From a virus, in the IMG/VR virus record IMGVR_UViG_3300037502_004185, positions 1-64,000 of that record: 64,000 nt of DNA. One strand, given 5' to 3'. Both the position numbers and the translations under genes were made by a program. Within the stretch, counting starts at the first letter, position 1, and the number at the start of each line of letters is the position of its first letter. The notes under the pieces were generated by a model. The model did not search any database. It had not been told where the DNA came from and saw nothing but the letters and a program-made list of their open reading frames with translations. This document shows positions 48,981 through 59,231 of this stretch, piece after piece.

Positions 48981-49906
48981 CCAAAAGCTTAAGAGATCGA
49001 ATCAAGCTTAGCGACCTAGATAATCTCTTGGATGAATCAGCGGTAGAAATCCGCGATGCAGCGAAAGTGCTGGCTATCCCTAAAGACTCTTTGTATTCAG
49101 TTGAGCAAGTACGTGAAGAATTTAACGATGAGTCACTACTTGAATTGTGCGAAAGCCTAGAAGAAAACGGCCAAATTCAACCTGTCGTTGTTTACCCGTT
49201 CGATGGCAAGGGATACAAAATCCAAGAGGGTGAACGCCGTTGGCGCGCCGCTATGTTGAGCGACAAGCTGACTCACGTTGAATGTATTGTCCGTGAAAAG
49301 GGCGATATTTTTGGCCAGCTCATTGAAAACATCCAGCGTGAAGATTTAACGCCAATCGAATTAGGTAAGGCGTTTGACCAAGCTAAGAAAAAGCACAATC
49401 TGGATAACCGTGGCTTGGCTAAGCGCCTTGGCAAATCAGACGGCTACATTTCGAAATACCTAAATGTACTTAAAGCCCCTGACTTTGTTTTGGAAGCATT
49501 CCAAAAAGGGATTATTGGTGATGTGGAGTCCATCAACGAACTACGCAAAGCAACCATCGATAACTCTGATCGCGTTCGTGAAGCACTGGAAAGCGGCGAG
49601 AAGCTAACACGCCAAGATTGTGTGAAGTTACGCACCAATGCGTTTGGCGATGAGGTTGAGGTCAAGCTTAGCGAAGCAGATAAAGCAGATAAAGCAGACA
49701 AGGTAGAAAAGACCGTTAAGACACCAGTAAGCAAAAAGCCTACGGCGAACCAAAAGCCTACCAGCATTTGTGTCATGGTTAATGGTCGTCATGGTTTGGT
49801 GTTCGCATCTGGTAAGCATAGCGACAAGCTAACGGTACTGTTTGATGATGGCGAACTTGAGCAAGTGCCAGTTGGTGAAGCTCAATTAGTTGGGTATCGT
49901 GTGTAA
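48977..49906 (+). CDS. parB: ParB
   Basis: GQIQPV, GERRWRA, ENIQREDL, HTH. Confidence 0.95.
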   Translation: MTKSLRDRIKLSDLDNLLDESAVEIRDAAKVLAIPKDSLYSVEQVREEFNDESLLELCESLEENGQIQPVVVYPFDGKGYKIQEGERRWRAAMLSDKLTHVECIVREKGDIFGQLIENIQREDLTPIELGKAFDQAKKKHNLDNRGLAKRLGKSDGYISKYLNVLKAPDFVLEAFQKGIIGDVESINELRKATIDNSDRVREALESGEKLTRQDCVKLRTNAFGDEVEVKLSEADKADKADKVEKTVKTPVSKKPTANQKPTSICVMVNGRHGLVFASGKHSDKLTVLFDDGELEQVPVGEAQLVGYRV

Positions 49907-49927
49907 AGTTCTCGCATGCGAAAACTT

Positions 49928-50260
49928 TTAAAGCGGGTGGCTAATTAGCTGCCCGTTTTTCGTTAAGACGTAGTACCCGCCGTCACGGTAGACGCCAACC
50001 ACATAGTGATCGAGCGGCACGTCTTGCCAGCCAAATAGCCCTAGTTCGTCATCGCAGTAAGCGACGATATTCACCAGTTTCACCTTTTGGACATGCAGTA
50101 GATAGATATTATCTAGCGCCCCTCTAAATGGCCTGTAGATATATTCTCCATCTTTCCTTAAAGCGGGGATCTCGTTCCCTGCGACTGAATGGCCATCGGC
50201 AACGCCGTCCTCGTTTATGTCGATTAGCCCGTAATGGTAACGATGCCTTATGGTAAACAT
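49928..50260 (-). CDS. Hypothetical protein
   Basis: GGAG SD. Confidence 0.6.
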   Translation of the reverse strand: MFTIRHRYHYGLIDINEDGVADGHSVAGNEIPALRKDGEYIYRPFRGALDNIYLLHVQKVKLVNIVAYCDDELGLFGWQDVPLDHYVVGVYRDGGYYVLTKNGQLISHPL

Positions 50261-50356
50261 CCCCTACTCCCTTAAATGCAAAAACGCCAGATTTGACGTT
50301 TAAATCTGGCGTTTTTGTCGTGTCTTCTAGGTTATCACAGGCTAGAAAGCCTAGAC

Positions 50357-51766
50357 CTATTTTATAGTCGCATAGTGGATTCTTGCAAGTTCGTCCGGTT
50401 GCAGAATAGACTCAAACATAAAGCCTGTTTGTACGCCCTCGTTTTCCAGCTCTTGATTCACTCGGCCAAGAATGTCGATAAGCGATGCACTACCGCCGCC
50501 GAACATATCCCCTAGCGCTTGGCCTTGGTGAAGCAGCTCACTATTGATTGCATCGGCCATTGTCTTAAAGGCCAGCGTCATGCGTTTTGCGCTTCGGTTG
50601 TTCGCGGCAATGAATCTCGCCAGCGCTTCGGCCTCGGGATCGTTGTCGCCAAACAAACCGGACTGAGCCAATAGCTCGTCAATGTGTTGGCCGGACTCTT
50701 TTGCCTGTCTTACCAGCTCGGTTGCTTGCACCAGTGAGTCAAGTGCTGACTTAGCGAGGTCAGGTTGTGAAGCGTTAATTTCCACGGCCTCTGCCAGCGT
50801 TTCAGACGTGTTTTTATGCACTTCCCCGCTAAGATATTGCATCTCAACAAACGCGCTTGCTGCGCCGTTTAGCGCGCTCAAAATGTTGCGAATTTCGGGA
50901 TCGGCTTCCTCGGCTACCAGCTTCACCAACTTCTCGTTTTTGTACGCCTTGGCAAACACGGCATTTTGCATGCGCTCAATCAGTTGTTTGGTTGGTCGGC
51001 CATCTTCGGTCAGTAGTCCGGCGGTTGAGTTATCCCCAATTTCGGTTAGGAAGCTGTTTATAAATCCTTGGTTGGATTTGGCCAAAAGGTTGCCTGTTTC
51101 GCTCGGTTGGAATAGAGCAATCATGCGGTCATCGATGCGCTCTGCGTCAACCCAAGCCGTCTCGGCTGCGCTCATCTGTTGCAAGTCAGAGAGGTTGGAA
51201 TCTCGGGCAAACTTAGCACGGTTAACTTGGGTAACACGTTCTCGAACCAACACTGGCTCGCGCATGCTCTCAACTTTCTCCGGTGATAGGTCGAAGCGCT
51301 CCGCATTGTCGATTAGGAACTGGCTGTACTTTTCAGCCTTGCCCTCTCGATACGCTTTTATGATGGCGATGGTTCGACCGTTCCCCGACTCCACCACATT
51401 ATCTGCACCAACAATCGGTGCGCCGTGGCTAGATAGTCCAGAATCCGTTAATTGTTGTGGGCGCAAATCGTTGGCCATCTTTGAGATCTGCAATTTTGAG
51501 GATACGCGAGTACGGTCGCGCGGTTGCAGCTCTTGTGGAAAATTCGGATTGATTCGACCGTCCAAATCGTTCGATGGAATAAGGTCGCTGGCTTCCACGA
51601 CTTTAAAGCCTGTTTCTACTTCGTCGCCTTTTGCTGTCACAACGTAGCTGGTTCGACCTAGCTTGGGTTTTGGATTGTCTGTTGCGTACAGTTGAACAAT
51701 CTCGGCTAGGTCATTGATGTTTTTCGCCTCTTTGATTTCGGCGTTAATTGATGTGAGTTGATTCAA
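50357..51766 (-). CDS. ddrB: DdrB-like protein (ParB-like domain)
   Basis: ELQPRDR.R, GAPIVG.DNVVESGNGR; position in the dar operon; probable TTG start. Confidence 0.8.
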   Translation of the reverse strand: MNQLTSINAEIKEAKNINDLAEIVQLYATDNPKPKLGRTSYVVTAKGDEVETGFKVVEASDLIPSNDLDGRINPNFPQELQPRDRTRVSSKLQISKMANDLRPQQLTDSGLSSHGAPIVGADNVVESGNGRTIAIIKAYREGKAEKYSQFLIDNAERFDLSPEKVESMREPVLVRERVTQVNRAKFARDSNLSDLQQMSAAETAWVDAERIDDRMIALFQPSETGNLLAKSNQGFINSFLTEIGDNSTAGLLTEDGRPTKQLIERMQNAVFAKAYKNEKLVKLVAEEADPEIRNILSALNGAASAFVEMQYLSGEVHKNTSETLAEAVEINASQPDLAKSALDSLVQATELVRQAKESGQHIDELLAQSGLFGDNDPEAEALARFIAANNRSAKRMTLAFKTMADAINSELLHQGQALGDMFGGGSASLIDILGRVNQELENEGVQTGFMFESILQPDELARIHYATIK

Positions 51767-51792
51767 TTTGACCGCTCCGGTTGGAGTGGCGA

Positions 51793-52081
51793 GTTCTCGC
51801 ATGCGAAAACTTTTGGGACAGTGGAAAAGGATTAAAGGCTCTTAAGCAATGCGAAAAGCGCCTTGGCGTAGTTGTGACGCTCACTGGCTGCCAGTGCAAG
51901 GTTTAGAGATTGCTTGTAGTAATAATCTGCTCGGATTTTGGTTAAAACATTCATTTTGGTTTTCTCAAGTTCTCTGAAAAGTTTTCGCATGCGAAAACTA
52001 TATCGAACGGGATTCTTTAAAGTTCTCGCATGCGAAAAGTATATGGAATGTCATGTTTTAAAGTTCTCGCATGCGAAAACT
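51793..52081. repeat. Second parS cluster (single copies also at about 49908 and 59277)
   Basis: Four GTT(T/C)TCGCATGCGAAAA copies. Confidence 0.8.
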
Positions 52082-52785
52082 TAAGCGGCCAGTTTGTCAG
52101 GATTGTGCTCGAACCATTCAATCGCTTTTTGCTTGATGCTATCTAGCTCCAAGCCCTCTGAGTGAACGTCTCGCATTACATCAACAAACACCGATGGTTT
52201 GGCGTTATTAAACTCGCCAGCAAGGAATCTCGCAACTAGATCGCTTTGCTCAACTGGACGTTCGCCATTGTCGCGCTCATTCTGCTCGATGTGCTTCGTA
52301 AGAGTCTTGATAGCCTTGTTACGGTCAGCGCGCGACCAGCTACCAAAGCCACCATTTTTCTTAGCTGAACCCGCATCGTTTTTCCAGTAGTCCAAACCGC
52401 GCGCGATATGCCCCTTGTAGCCAAACTGGAAGCTTTCGCCATCTTTGTACACAACGTAGTTATCGCCCTTTTCAACCACTTGGTAGTTAGGGAAAAACGC
52501 CATTTCGTATTCGTACCAGTTAGGCAGAAATAGCACTTCATTGAGCTTTTCAATCTTATCGGAGCGGCCTAACTTGGAAAATTCTTCTACCGATATTGGC
52601 TCATCCGAACTTGATACCGGCTTCTGCTCAACCTTTTGGTTAGCGCCAGTCAGTTTATTAAGAATTTCCACCAGCTCACGGTTCTTTTTGATGCGTTCAC
52701 CAATCGATAGCTGGCCACTCTTAAGCTCTTTCAACAAACCCGCAGCATCGCGGTTGAGCGTCATTTTTTCTCTTAAGCTTAACAC
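52081..52785 (-). CDS. DdrA-like protein (positional call)
   Basis: Between darA and ddrB; LSLREKM.L N-terminus. Confidence 0.45.
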   Translation of the reverse strand: MLSLREKMTLNRDAAGLLKELKSGQLSIGERIKKNRELVEILNKLTGANQKVEQKPVSSSDEPISVEEFSKLGRSDKIEKLNEVLFLPNWYEYEMAFFPNYQVVEKGDNYVVYKDGESFQFGYKGHIARGLDYWKNDAGSAKKNGGFGSWSRADRNKAIKTLTKHIEQNERDNGERPVEQSDLVARFLAGEFNNAKPSVFVDVMRDVHSEGLELDSIKQKAIEWFEHNPDKLAA

Positions 52786-52832
52786 TTGATTCTCTCCGGT
52801 TTAGGCCGCCGATGTGGCGGCCTTGGTTGTGA

Positions 52833-55800
52833 TTAGATTTGCGCTTGGATCATGCTAGTGATGTTGCTTAGAGCGGCATCCATCAACGCTTCGTTCTCTG
52901 CCACTTGGTCGTTAGCTTCGAAGTAGGCGTAAGCTTGTTCTAGTGCGGTTTGGAACTCATCAACCAATTCCGGCGTAGGTTCACCAGTGAAATCTCGGAT
53001 TTCTTTTAGTTTCTCTACATGTTCCATTTCTTCGTTATTACCCTCTGTTTCAGATTGAGGCGCTTCACTACTTAGATTGAACGCTTTCACTAATAACGCT
53101 TCCATTTCCGCTGTATCGTCAAATTCACCGATCAAGTCATTGCCTTGGTATAGCGCGAACTTGTACTCGCCATCTTTAGCGATTGGGTAAATATCAACGT
53201 AGCGTTCGTTTAGCCATGAACGCACGGTTAGCGGAGCGTACACGTTCGCTGGTACAGAGCCATTTACTGAATGGATACCAGCCGCAACGCTTGGTTGTGC
53301 CAATGCGCCTTTTTCGTTGTAGTAGGTATCCGCAGATTGCCAGCCCTTAATCGTCTCAAGCTGAGCTTTCGCTTTTTCGCTTAAGTCGGTCGCTAGAATG
53401 TCGAATAGAACGTCTAGGCTGTAAGTTAGTCCGTCCTCATCTTTCGCATTAATCGACTTAACTCGGCCTGTTGGGAATGTCACTTCCTGCTTACCAAGTT
53501 TTAGCTCTAGGTTGGTAAAGGCTTCTAGCTGCTCAAGTGCTTTCGCTTCTTCTTCGTCTAGGCTTTCACGGAATGAGTTAACGTCTAGTACGTCATCCTC
53601 TGCCTGTTCGCCTTGCTGGTGAATTTCAGTTAGAGACGCGAGCTCTACCACTTTGCGCTCTTTACCAAAATCAAAGTCCACGGTTAGGCGGCCACCAAAG
53701 AAATTGCGATCGTGGTAATCGGTCATCGTGTCGCTATTGTTGTAGTCGTATTGGCTTACATAAGCGTTAACGAACTCGATCAGCTGATCTACTGCTTCGG
53801 TATAACGGCTCATACCGTGTGGCGTTGGCGAGTTAGGGTTATCAATCTCGAACTGTAGGTAAGCTGGATTGTAGAGCATGACGTTTCTTGGCAAGTCAGT
53901 CAGCGTTAGATCTAGTGTACCGTAGCGAGGCTTGCGTACTGAGATTTTAACGTCATTACTGATTTTGCCAGCTTTCTTAAGCTGAGCGATAAAGGCGCGG
54001 ATTCGCTTAGCGATTTCACCCGTATCTCGAATGCCCTCGCTCTCATAGATTGAGCCAAATGAATATTGAGTTGGGTCTAGTGCGAGAAGTTGTTTTTCTT
54101 CCTCGGATACACCCTTGCTCACTTCATCTGCTGTGTCAGATTCTACGGCGTTCTTAGCACCCAATAGTTCAAGCAGTTTGTTAGTACCGTCAACCGTTAG
54201 GTAGCTGCGAGAATTGGTGTTAGCGACAAAGCGTAGCTCTTTGCCCTTGCTCGATTTCGCAGAGAAGAAACTGTAGCCAAATGTGTTTTCCATTTGGTTC
54301 TCTTGTTCTTCGGTTAGCGCAATGCCGTTAATCTTGCCGTCATCGTCCACCTTGGCCAGTAGCTTGTCGGCGTTCTCGCGTAGTGTTGGGCGCGAGTGAA
54401 GCGAACCTGAGCCGTTAATGGCCAGCGTTGAATACAATGATTCAAAGCCGTTGATTGTGGTGAACATAGCCGGACTGACAGGCTCAAGTGGTGCGCTGTA
54501 TTCCGTCTCTGCAATTTGCTCAAGCGTTTTGCCGTCCTTAAGCATGTTAAAGATTGCAATAGTGCTTTCTTTCACTGCTTGGTCGTTTAGTTGAGTCGCT
54601 TTTTGCTGTGCTGCTGCGCCCTCTAGGCCAGTTTCTAGCACCTTGCCTGTGTACGTATCGATAACACTAAAGTCAGCTTGGCCAATAGTGCCTACTGGTG
54701 CGTAGCGCTTCTCGCGTGTCGCCTTGAATTGGCCTTTGTGGTTCAAGTCAGGCAATGCAGCAAGGCTAGGGAAGCCACGGCTTTCGTATTCCGCTTCGAT
54801 AGCTTTTGTGTACCACAATGGCATGACTGAGTTATGGATAGCGCGCGCCATCTGTTCGTTGTCGATCTGCTCATCGTTATCCAAGTATCTAAAGCCATGA
54901 ACAGCCAGGATGTCTTGGTTAGTTACACCCGCCATTGCGTAGTGCTGAGCAAAGAGCTCATCTGAACTTAGTTCGGATAGGTCAGGGTAGCTACCGTCAT
55001 CGATCGCCTTAATGAAGCGCTCAACTTTTTGGTAGTCCTCGCCTTGGTCTGCCATTGCTGGAATGACGGTTTCACCTTTTGCCTTGGTGTAAGCTACGTC
55101 ACCCTCATGGTAAACCGTAGTCGCGCTAAACGCTTTTTCTACGTCATCCAGTGCCAACGCTTCGCCGTTCTCAAACTTCTCGTATAGGTCGCCACGTAGC
55201 GCGCGTAGGTCGAACATTTTCGCCGTTGCGCTAAAGAATCCGTCACGGTAGTTCAAGATAGCTTGCAGTAGGTCAGCACGTTTCGCACGGCGGTTAAATG
55301 GGATGCGATGAGCCGTTAGGAAATCAGTGATCTCTTTGCGGTTCTTAAATTGCGCTTCCAATGACGCTAGGGTTTCACCTTGTAGTGATTCCACTAGGTG
55401 CGCTTGTTCTGAAATGCGCTTAGCTTGGTCATCCACTTTCTCGCCACGTTTTAGCGTTTTGCCAGTGCCTAGCGTTAGGTCAGCCAGCATAACGAGACGT
55501 TTGCGATCGCTTGGGCTCACTGACTGCATATCCTTAAGTTTGGATAGGGCAGTTTCTTGGAAGCGCATGCGGCCTTGCGTGTGTTCTGCTTGGCGTTGCA
55601 ATTCAGCATCGCTTTGAACCAGCATTAGGTCTTCGGCAATCTCTTGAATCATTTCCGGTGTCACAAGGTCAATCGATGCGCTCCATAGCTTGTACGCTTT
55701 TGGATTTTCCTTGCGGTTCTTCATTTCCGGTTGCTGGCGTAGCTGCTTAGCGAACGCTGCTTTGAAGCCCACTTGTTTTAGGGTATCGAGCGTAGACTGA

Positions 55801-57626
55801 GGAATTTCATCAACGCCTTTGTCCTCAACCCATTGGTCTAGCGCTTCGGCTGCGATGCGCTCCGCTTCCTCTAGGTCGCCCTCAACCATGCCAAATAGCG
55901 GCTCTAGGTCAAAGTTGCTTACTAGCTCTGGTGGCAGTTTTTGGTCATAAGCGATCGCGCCGTGGCGAATGCCATTACCAGCGTCAGCGAATTGCTCTTG
56001 AGCCGATTCTGGATCGAGGTACTTAACCACTTGATGTTGTGGCGGCGTTGTACCCAAGCCATAAGGGCGTAGACGTAGGCCATACCAGAATAGGTTAGCT
56101 GTGGTTTCGTCTTTGTCTTGGTCGTTCGCGTTTGGCTCGTCGTTCTCAATTGGTTGCGGTTCTTCGTTGCTGTCATCGGTATCTTGAAGCAGCTTAGATT
56201 CACGGTCGTAGTCAGCCAGAATAAGCGATTTAGCCGCTTCCCAACCTTGTAGATCGTCGCCACCAGCAAGCGGTGAACCCTCGCCGTAAGTGACAGCCAA
56301 GGTTTGGTTATCGCGCGCGTGGATCATGTACTGGCCAAAGCTATCATCGTCGTTCGCGTCAGGCGATTCGAAGTAGACAAACGGCTCGCTATCTTCGCCT
56401 TTATCCATCTTCCAGCCCTTAGCAATGGTCTTGCGGCCAATAAGAGCCAATAGCCATTCTTTGCGCTCGATATTCGCTTTTCGCTCGCGTTCTTCGTCTG
56501 ACAACTGAGGAAAATCGTTTTCAATTGAATCACGGATGTATTCTTTAGCCTCGGCAAGCTCTGATACCGTCATAGCGCCTTTATCGAGCTCATAAATCGC
56601 ATCATTGATGTACGACTCTGAATACGTGCTAGGAACGTTTTGATTTGCTGCACCTGCAAACTCTAATGAGTCTTTAAACTCTTGGCTTAGCTGCTTAACA
56701 AAGGCATCGAGATCGCCATTGAAAGCGCGTTCAATGATGAAGTCGCGTTTCTCTTGCTTAGTCCATGAAGCGTCCCATTGCTCGATCACTTGAGACGGAC
56801 TGCCACCAGCGTCCACATTGGTCGCTGCTGTATTTGCTGCTGGCTTGATAGCAGCAAGCTGTTTGCGTAGTTCTTCTTGGATTTCGTTTTGCGTAGCAAT
56901 CTGAGTTTTTAGGCGTTTCTCTTTCTTGGCCAGCTCATCAAGTTTCTGTTCCAAGTCTGTTGTTTCTTCGCCTAGCTGAGCGGCTTGCTCATCGAGCTCT
57001 TGTGCCTTTTGTTGCGCCTCTTCCAGTGCTTTTGCGTCAGCGTCTTTCTTGGCCTTAGCGGCGACAAATTTCTCGCTGTTGTTCTCAAGCAATTGCGCTA
57101 GCTTGTCGGTCACTTCCTTAAGAGACAAATCCATGTTGCCCTTTGGCGCGACTACGTGAGTAATATCGCGCGAGTTCATCAGGAAGCGGAACGCGATTAG
57201 CGTGTCATCTGGATTTATTTTTAGCGGATCGTTATCCGGCGCATGGAACGCAATAGAAATGCTCTGGCCATCCGAGAATGGGATTTTCACCATTTGAACA
57301 GCGACCGCACCAGATTTGCGCGGTTTACCCACTTCTACAGCTTCTACCGATAGCGTAGGGGTTTTACGTTCCAAGTGCTTACCAAATTGCTGAGCACGAA
57401 ACTCAAGCTTTGACGCTTTTGATTTGAACGCCTCTAGCATCATTTGAGGCACTGGTTTGCACTGGTATAGGTAAGTGTTTTCCAAATCCTCAAGCGATAG
57501 TGCTTCTAGGATTTGGTCGGCGTTTTCACCTTGCAGTACCGCTTCGATTTGCTCCGGTGTTAGCGTTTTAGCTAGATGGTCGATGCGATCCACAATCTTG
57601 ATTTGATTTTGACTGGTAAACATCAT
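52833..57626 (-). CDS. darA: Expanded DarA (polyvalent virion protein)
   Basis: FSDGQSISIAFH N-terminal domain; YGLRLRP...HG.I.Y domain; extra domains. Confidence 0.8.
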   Translation of the reverse strand: MMFTSQNQIKIVDRIDHLAKTLTPEQIEAVLQGENADQILEALSLEDLENTYLYQCKPVPQMMLEAFKSKASKLEFRAQQFGKHLERKTPTLSVEAVEVGKPRKSGAVAVQMVKIPFSDGQSISIAFHAPDNDPLKINPDDTLIAFRFLMNSRDITHVVAPKGNMDLSLKEVTDKLAQLLENNSEKFVAAKAKKDADAKALEEAQQKAQELDEQAAQLGEETTDLEQKLDELAKKEKRLKTQIATQNEIQEELRKQLAAIKPAANTAATNVDAGGSPSQVIEQWDASWTKQEKRDFIIERAFNGDLDAFVKQLSQEFKDSLEFAGAANQNVPSTYSESYINDAIYELDKGAMTVSELAEAKEYIRDSIENDFPQLSDEERERKANIERKEWLLALIGRKTIAKGWKMDKGEDSEPFVYFESPDANDDDSFGQYMIHARDNQTLAVTYGEGSPLAGGDDLQGWEAAKSLILADYDRESKLLQDTDDSNEEPQPIENDEPNANDQDKDETTANLFWYGLRLRPYGLGTTPPQHQVVKYLDPESAQEQFADAGNGIRHGAIAYDQKLPPELVSNFDLEPLFGMVEGDLEEAERIAAEALDQWVEDKGVDEIPQSTLDTLKQVGFKAAFAKQLRQQPEMKNRKENPKAYKLWSASIDLVTPEMIQEIAEDLMLVQSDAELQRQAEHTQGRMRFQETALSKLKDMQSVSPSDRKRLVMLADLTLGTGKTLKRGEKVDDQAKRISEQAHLVESLQGETLASLEAQFKNRKEITDFLTAHRIPFNRRAKRADLLQAILNYRDGFFSATAKMFDLRALRGDLYEKFENGEALALDDVEKAFSATTVYHEGDVAYTKAKGETVIPAMADQGEDYQKVERFIKAIDDGSYPDLSELSSDELFAQHYAMAGVTNQDILAVHGFRYLDNDEQIDNEQMARAIHNSVMPLWYTKAIEAEYESRGFPSLAALPDLNHKGQFKATREKRYAPVGTIGQADFSVIDTYTGKVLETGLEGAAAQQKATQLNDQAVKESTIAIFNMLKDGKTLEQIAETEYSAPLEPVSPAMFTTINGFESLYSTLAINGSGSLHSRPTLRENADKLLAKVDDDGKINGIALTEEQENQMENTFGYSFFSAKSSKGKELRFVANTNSRSYLTVDGTNKLLELLGAKNAVESDTADEVSKGVSEEEKQLLALDPTQYSFGSIYESEGIRDTGEIAKRIRAFIAQLKKAGKISNDVKISVRKPRYGTLDLTLTDLPRNVMLYNPAYLQFEIDNPNSPTPHGMSRYTEAVDQLIEFVNAYVSQYDYNNSDTMTDYHDRNFFGGRLTVDFDFGKERKVVELASLTEIHQQGEQAEDDVLDVNSFRESLDEEEAKALEQLEAFTNLELKLGKQEVTFPTGRVKSINAKDEDGLTYSLDVLFDILATDLSEKAKAQLETIKGWQSADTYYNEKGALAQPSVAAGIHSVNGSVPANVYAPLTVRSWLNERYVDIYPIAKDGEYKFALYQGNDLIGEFDDTAEMEALLVKAFNLSSEAPQSETEGNNEEMEHVEKLKEIRDFTGEPTPELVDEFQTALEQAYAYFEANDQVAENEALMDAALSNITSMIQAQI

Positions 57627-58255
57627 GCTTTGGCAGCCTCTAATTGCGCTTCAAGTTCCTTGGTTTCTTGCTTCTCTTGCTCTAATGCAGCTTCAAGATC
57701 GGCTACACGGCGTTGGTCTTCTTCCAACTTCGTGCGAACACTGTCCCGAGCGGCTAGGGCGTTGGTGTAATTGGATTGTGCAACCTGCTCGGCTGCCTTG
57801 GCTTCTTCCAATCGCTTAGCAATAGAACGTGTGGCTGGTTGAATGTCTGAGGTGTCTTTAACGGCCTGTGCCGCTTTGCGAGCTACTTGCTTGTCAAACT
57901 TGCTTTGGTTGCGCTCCATTAGGCGAACCATTTCACGCGCAAGCTCGCGTTCGTTCTTCACGCTTGGGATAGGCTGTTTCGTGTTGTTCAGTGTCATTTG
58001 GTAAATGTCACCCTCATCACCCACAAACAGCGTCATGGACTGGCCATTATCAAAGAACAGTTTGGCGCGTTTTACTGTCTCGCCGTCTCGTCTCGTTTTC
58101 TTGTTCGAGGCTTCTACGTCTGTAACAGTCGCACCCGCTTGTTTTAACGCAGTGATCAGACTCTTAAGGCCGCGTTCGGTCACGTTGTCAAAATCGACCA
58201 CCACATAGTTGTGCGACTGGTCTAGTGCAAACTTGCTGTTGTTACGCAATTTCAA
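57623..58255 (-). CDS. hdf: Hdf
   Basis: VDFD.V.E.GL, F.NGQ...GDIYQ..LN; coiled-coil tail. Confidence 0.8.
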   Translation of the reverse strand: MKLRNNSKFALDQSHNYVVVDFDNVTERGLKSLITALKQAGATVTDVEASNKKTRRDGETVKRAKLFFDNGQSMTLFVGDEGDIYQMTLNNTKQPIPSVKNERELAREMVRLMERNQSKFDKQVARKAAQAVKDTSDIQPATRSIAKRLEEAKAAEQVAQSNYTNALAARDSVRTKLEEDQRRVADLEAALEQEKQETKELEAQLEAAKA

Positions 58256-58655
58256 ATTCCTCTGAATATGTCGTACAGGTAGGGAAGATTTTGTATAGCG
58301 GATTGATTAGGGAACAGGAGCGCTCAATCTTCACGTCCAGAATCCACTCGCCGTGTAGCTTTTCCCCTGCTTCACGTTCAAGCAATTTGCGGTCGAACGT
58401 TAGGTATTCGCTGTTATTTCCGGCGTGTGAAAAGTCGAGTTTACGTGTGCGAGTAATGACGGCTTTTGGTCGTTTCTTACTTTGCAACGAATAGGTTAAT
58501 GTCCCATTCGTAATAGCTCGGTTAGATTGATAACCAAGAACGAATCGAATCACTTCGGGATCGTCCATCTGGTTTGCATGCAGTATTTTTACTGCGTTTC
58601 GTTTAAGCAAAAATCGGTCAGCAATGGCTAGGCCAATCACTGCAAATTCCATCAT
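58242..58655 (-). CDS. lydB: LydB antiholin
   Basis: LA.ADR.LLKR...INPLY.IFP. Confidence 0.8.
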   Translation of the reverse strand: MMEFAVIGLAIADRFLLKRNAVKILHANQMDDPEVIRFVLGYQSNRAITNGTLTYSLQSKKRPKAVITRTRKLDFSHAGNNSEYLTFDRKLLEREAGEKLHGEWILDVKIERSCSLINPLYKIFPTCTTYSEEFEIA

Positions 58656-58975
58656 TTGCTTTGCCCTCCGGTATTAAAGAATCTCGCTAACGTGTGGCTA
58701 GCTAGTTTGCGGATAAAGTTAATTGAGTCTGCTCCGTTGTTTGACGCGATGAGGACAAGCGCGCTGGTGTAACCAGACTCCACACCCTCACTGTCACACA
58801 AGTAAGCGACTATCAAACCGACCACCAACGCCAGCGTTAGCTCGGTTAAAAAGTCAAGGAATCCACCAGCCAAACGTTGCTCGCGTATGCCTTGGAGATA
58901 TGACCCAACACCACTGAGGACGGATAGAGCCAGAACGCTAATAGCAAAGCTCTCACCAACAACTGATACTGGCAT
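58652..58975 (-). CDS. lydA: LydA holin
   Basis: LSV..G.G..L...TE...A...IASNNG. Confidence 0.85.
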   Translation of the reverse strand: MPVSVVGESFAISVLALSVLSGVGSYLQGIREQRLAGGFLDFLTELTLALVVGLIVAYLCDSEGVESGYTSALVLIASNNGADSINFIRKLASHTLARFFNTGGQSK

Positions 58976-59114
58976 TAAATCCCCCTTTTATATGTGTCTT
59001 GCAAAGTGTATTCGGAATGATGTCGATTGCTCAATAGACGGGCGTTACTTACTTTTTAAAGGCTATAAAATAGGGCTCGTTTAGGGGAAAAAGAGATTTA
59101 TCAACGGTCTACAT

Positions 59115-59231
59115 AAAGAAAAACCTCTCACCCAACGAGTGAGTGAGAGGCTAATCCAACCGTTTTGTCGCGCGGCAACGCGAGCAAAACATTCCACGAG
59201 GAAGCAATGAGGTGAAATCTATATTTGAGAG
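59115..59231 (-). ncRNA. Predicted sRNA
   Basis: TTGATG-16-TATAAT; internal hairpins; CCTCTCAC terminator. Confidence 0.4.

Noticed and set aside
49672-49702. GCAGATAAA tandem repeat in parB
   Set aside because: In-frame low-complexity linker (ADK repeats).
50682-51647. 321-aa plus-strand ORF, and other long antisense ORFs such as 40818-41417 and 42999-43547
   Set aside because: Ser-rich shadow frames of real genes (ddrB, darB) with no recognisable motifs.
51767-51802. ATG at 51802 as the ddrB start
   Set aside because: It lies inside a parS palindrome; TTG at 51766 has a GGAG SD.
46957-52081. TTTTCGCATGCGAAAA repeats as a CRISPR array
   Set aside because: Irregular spacing, 16-18 bp palindromes, no cas genes, adjacent to parAB; better explained as parS.
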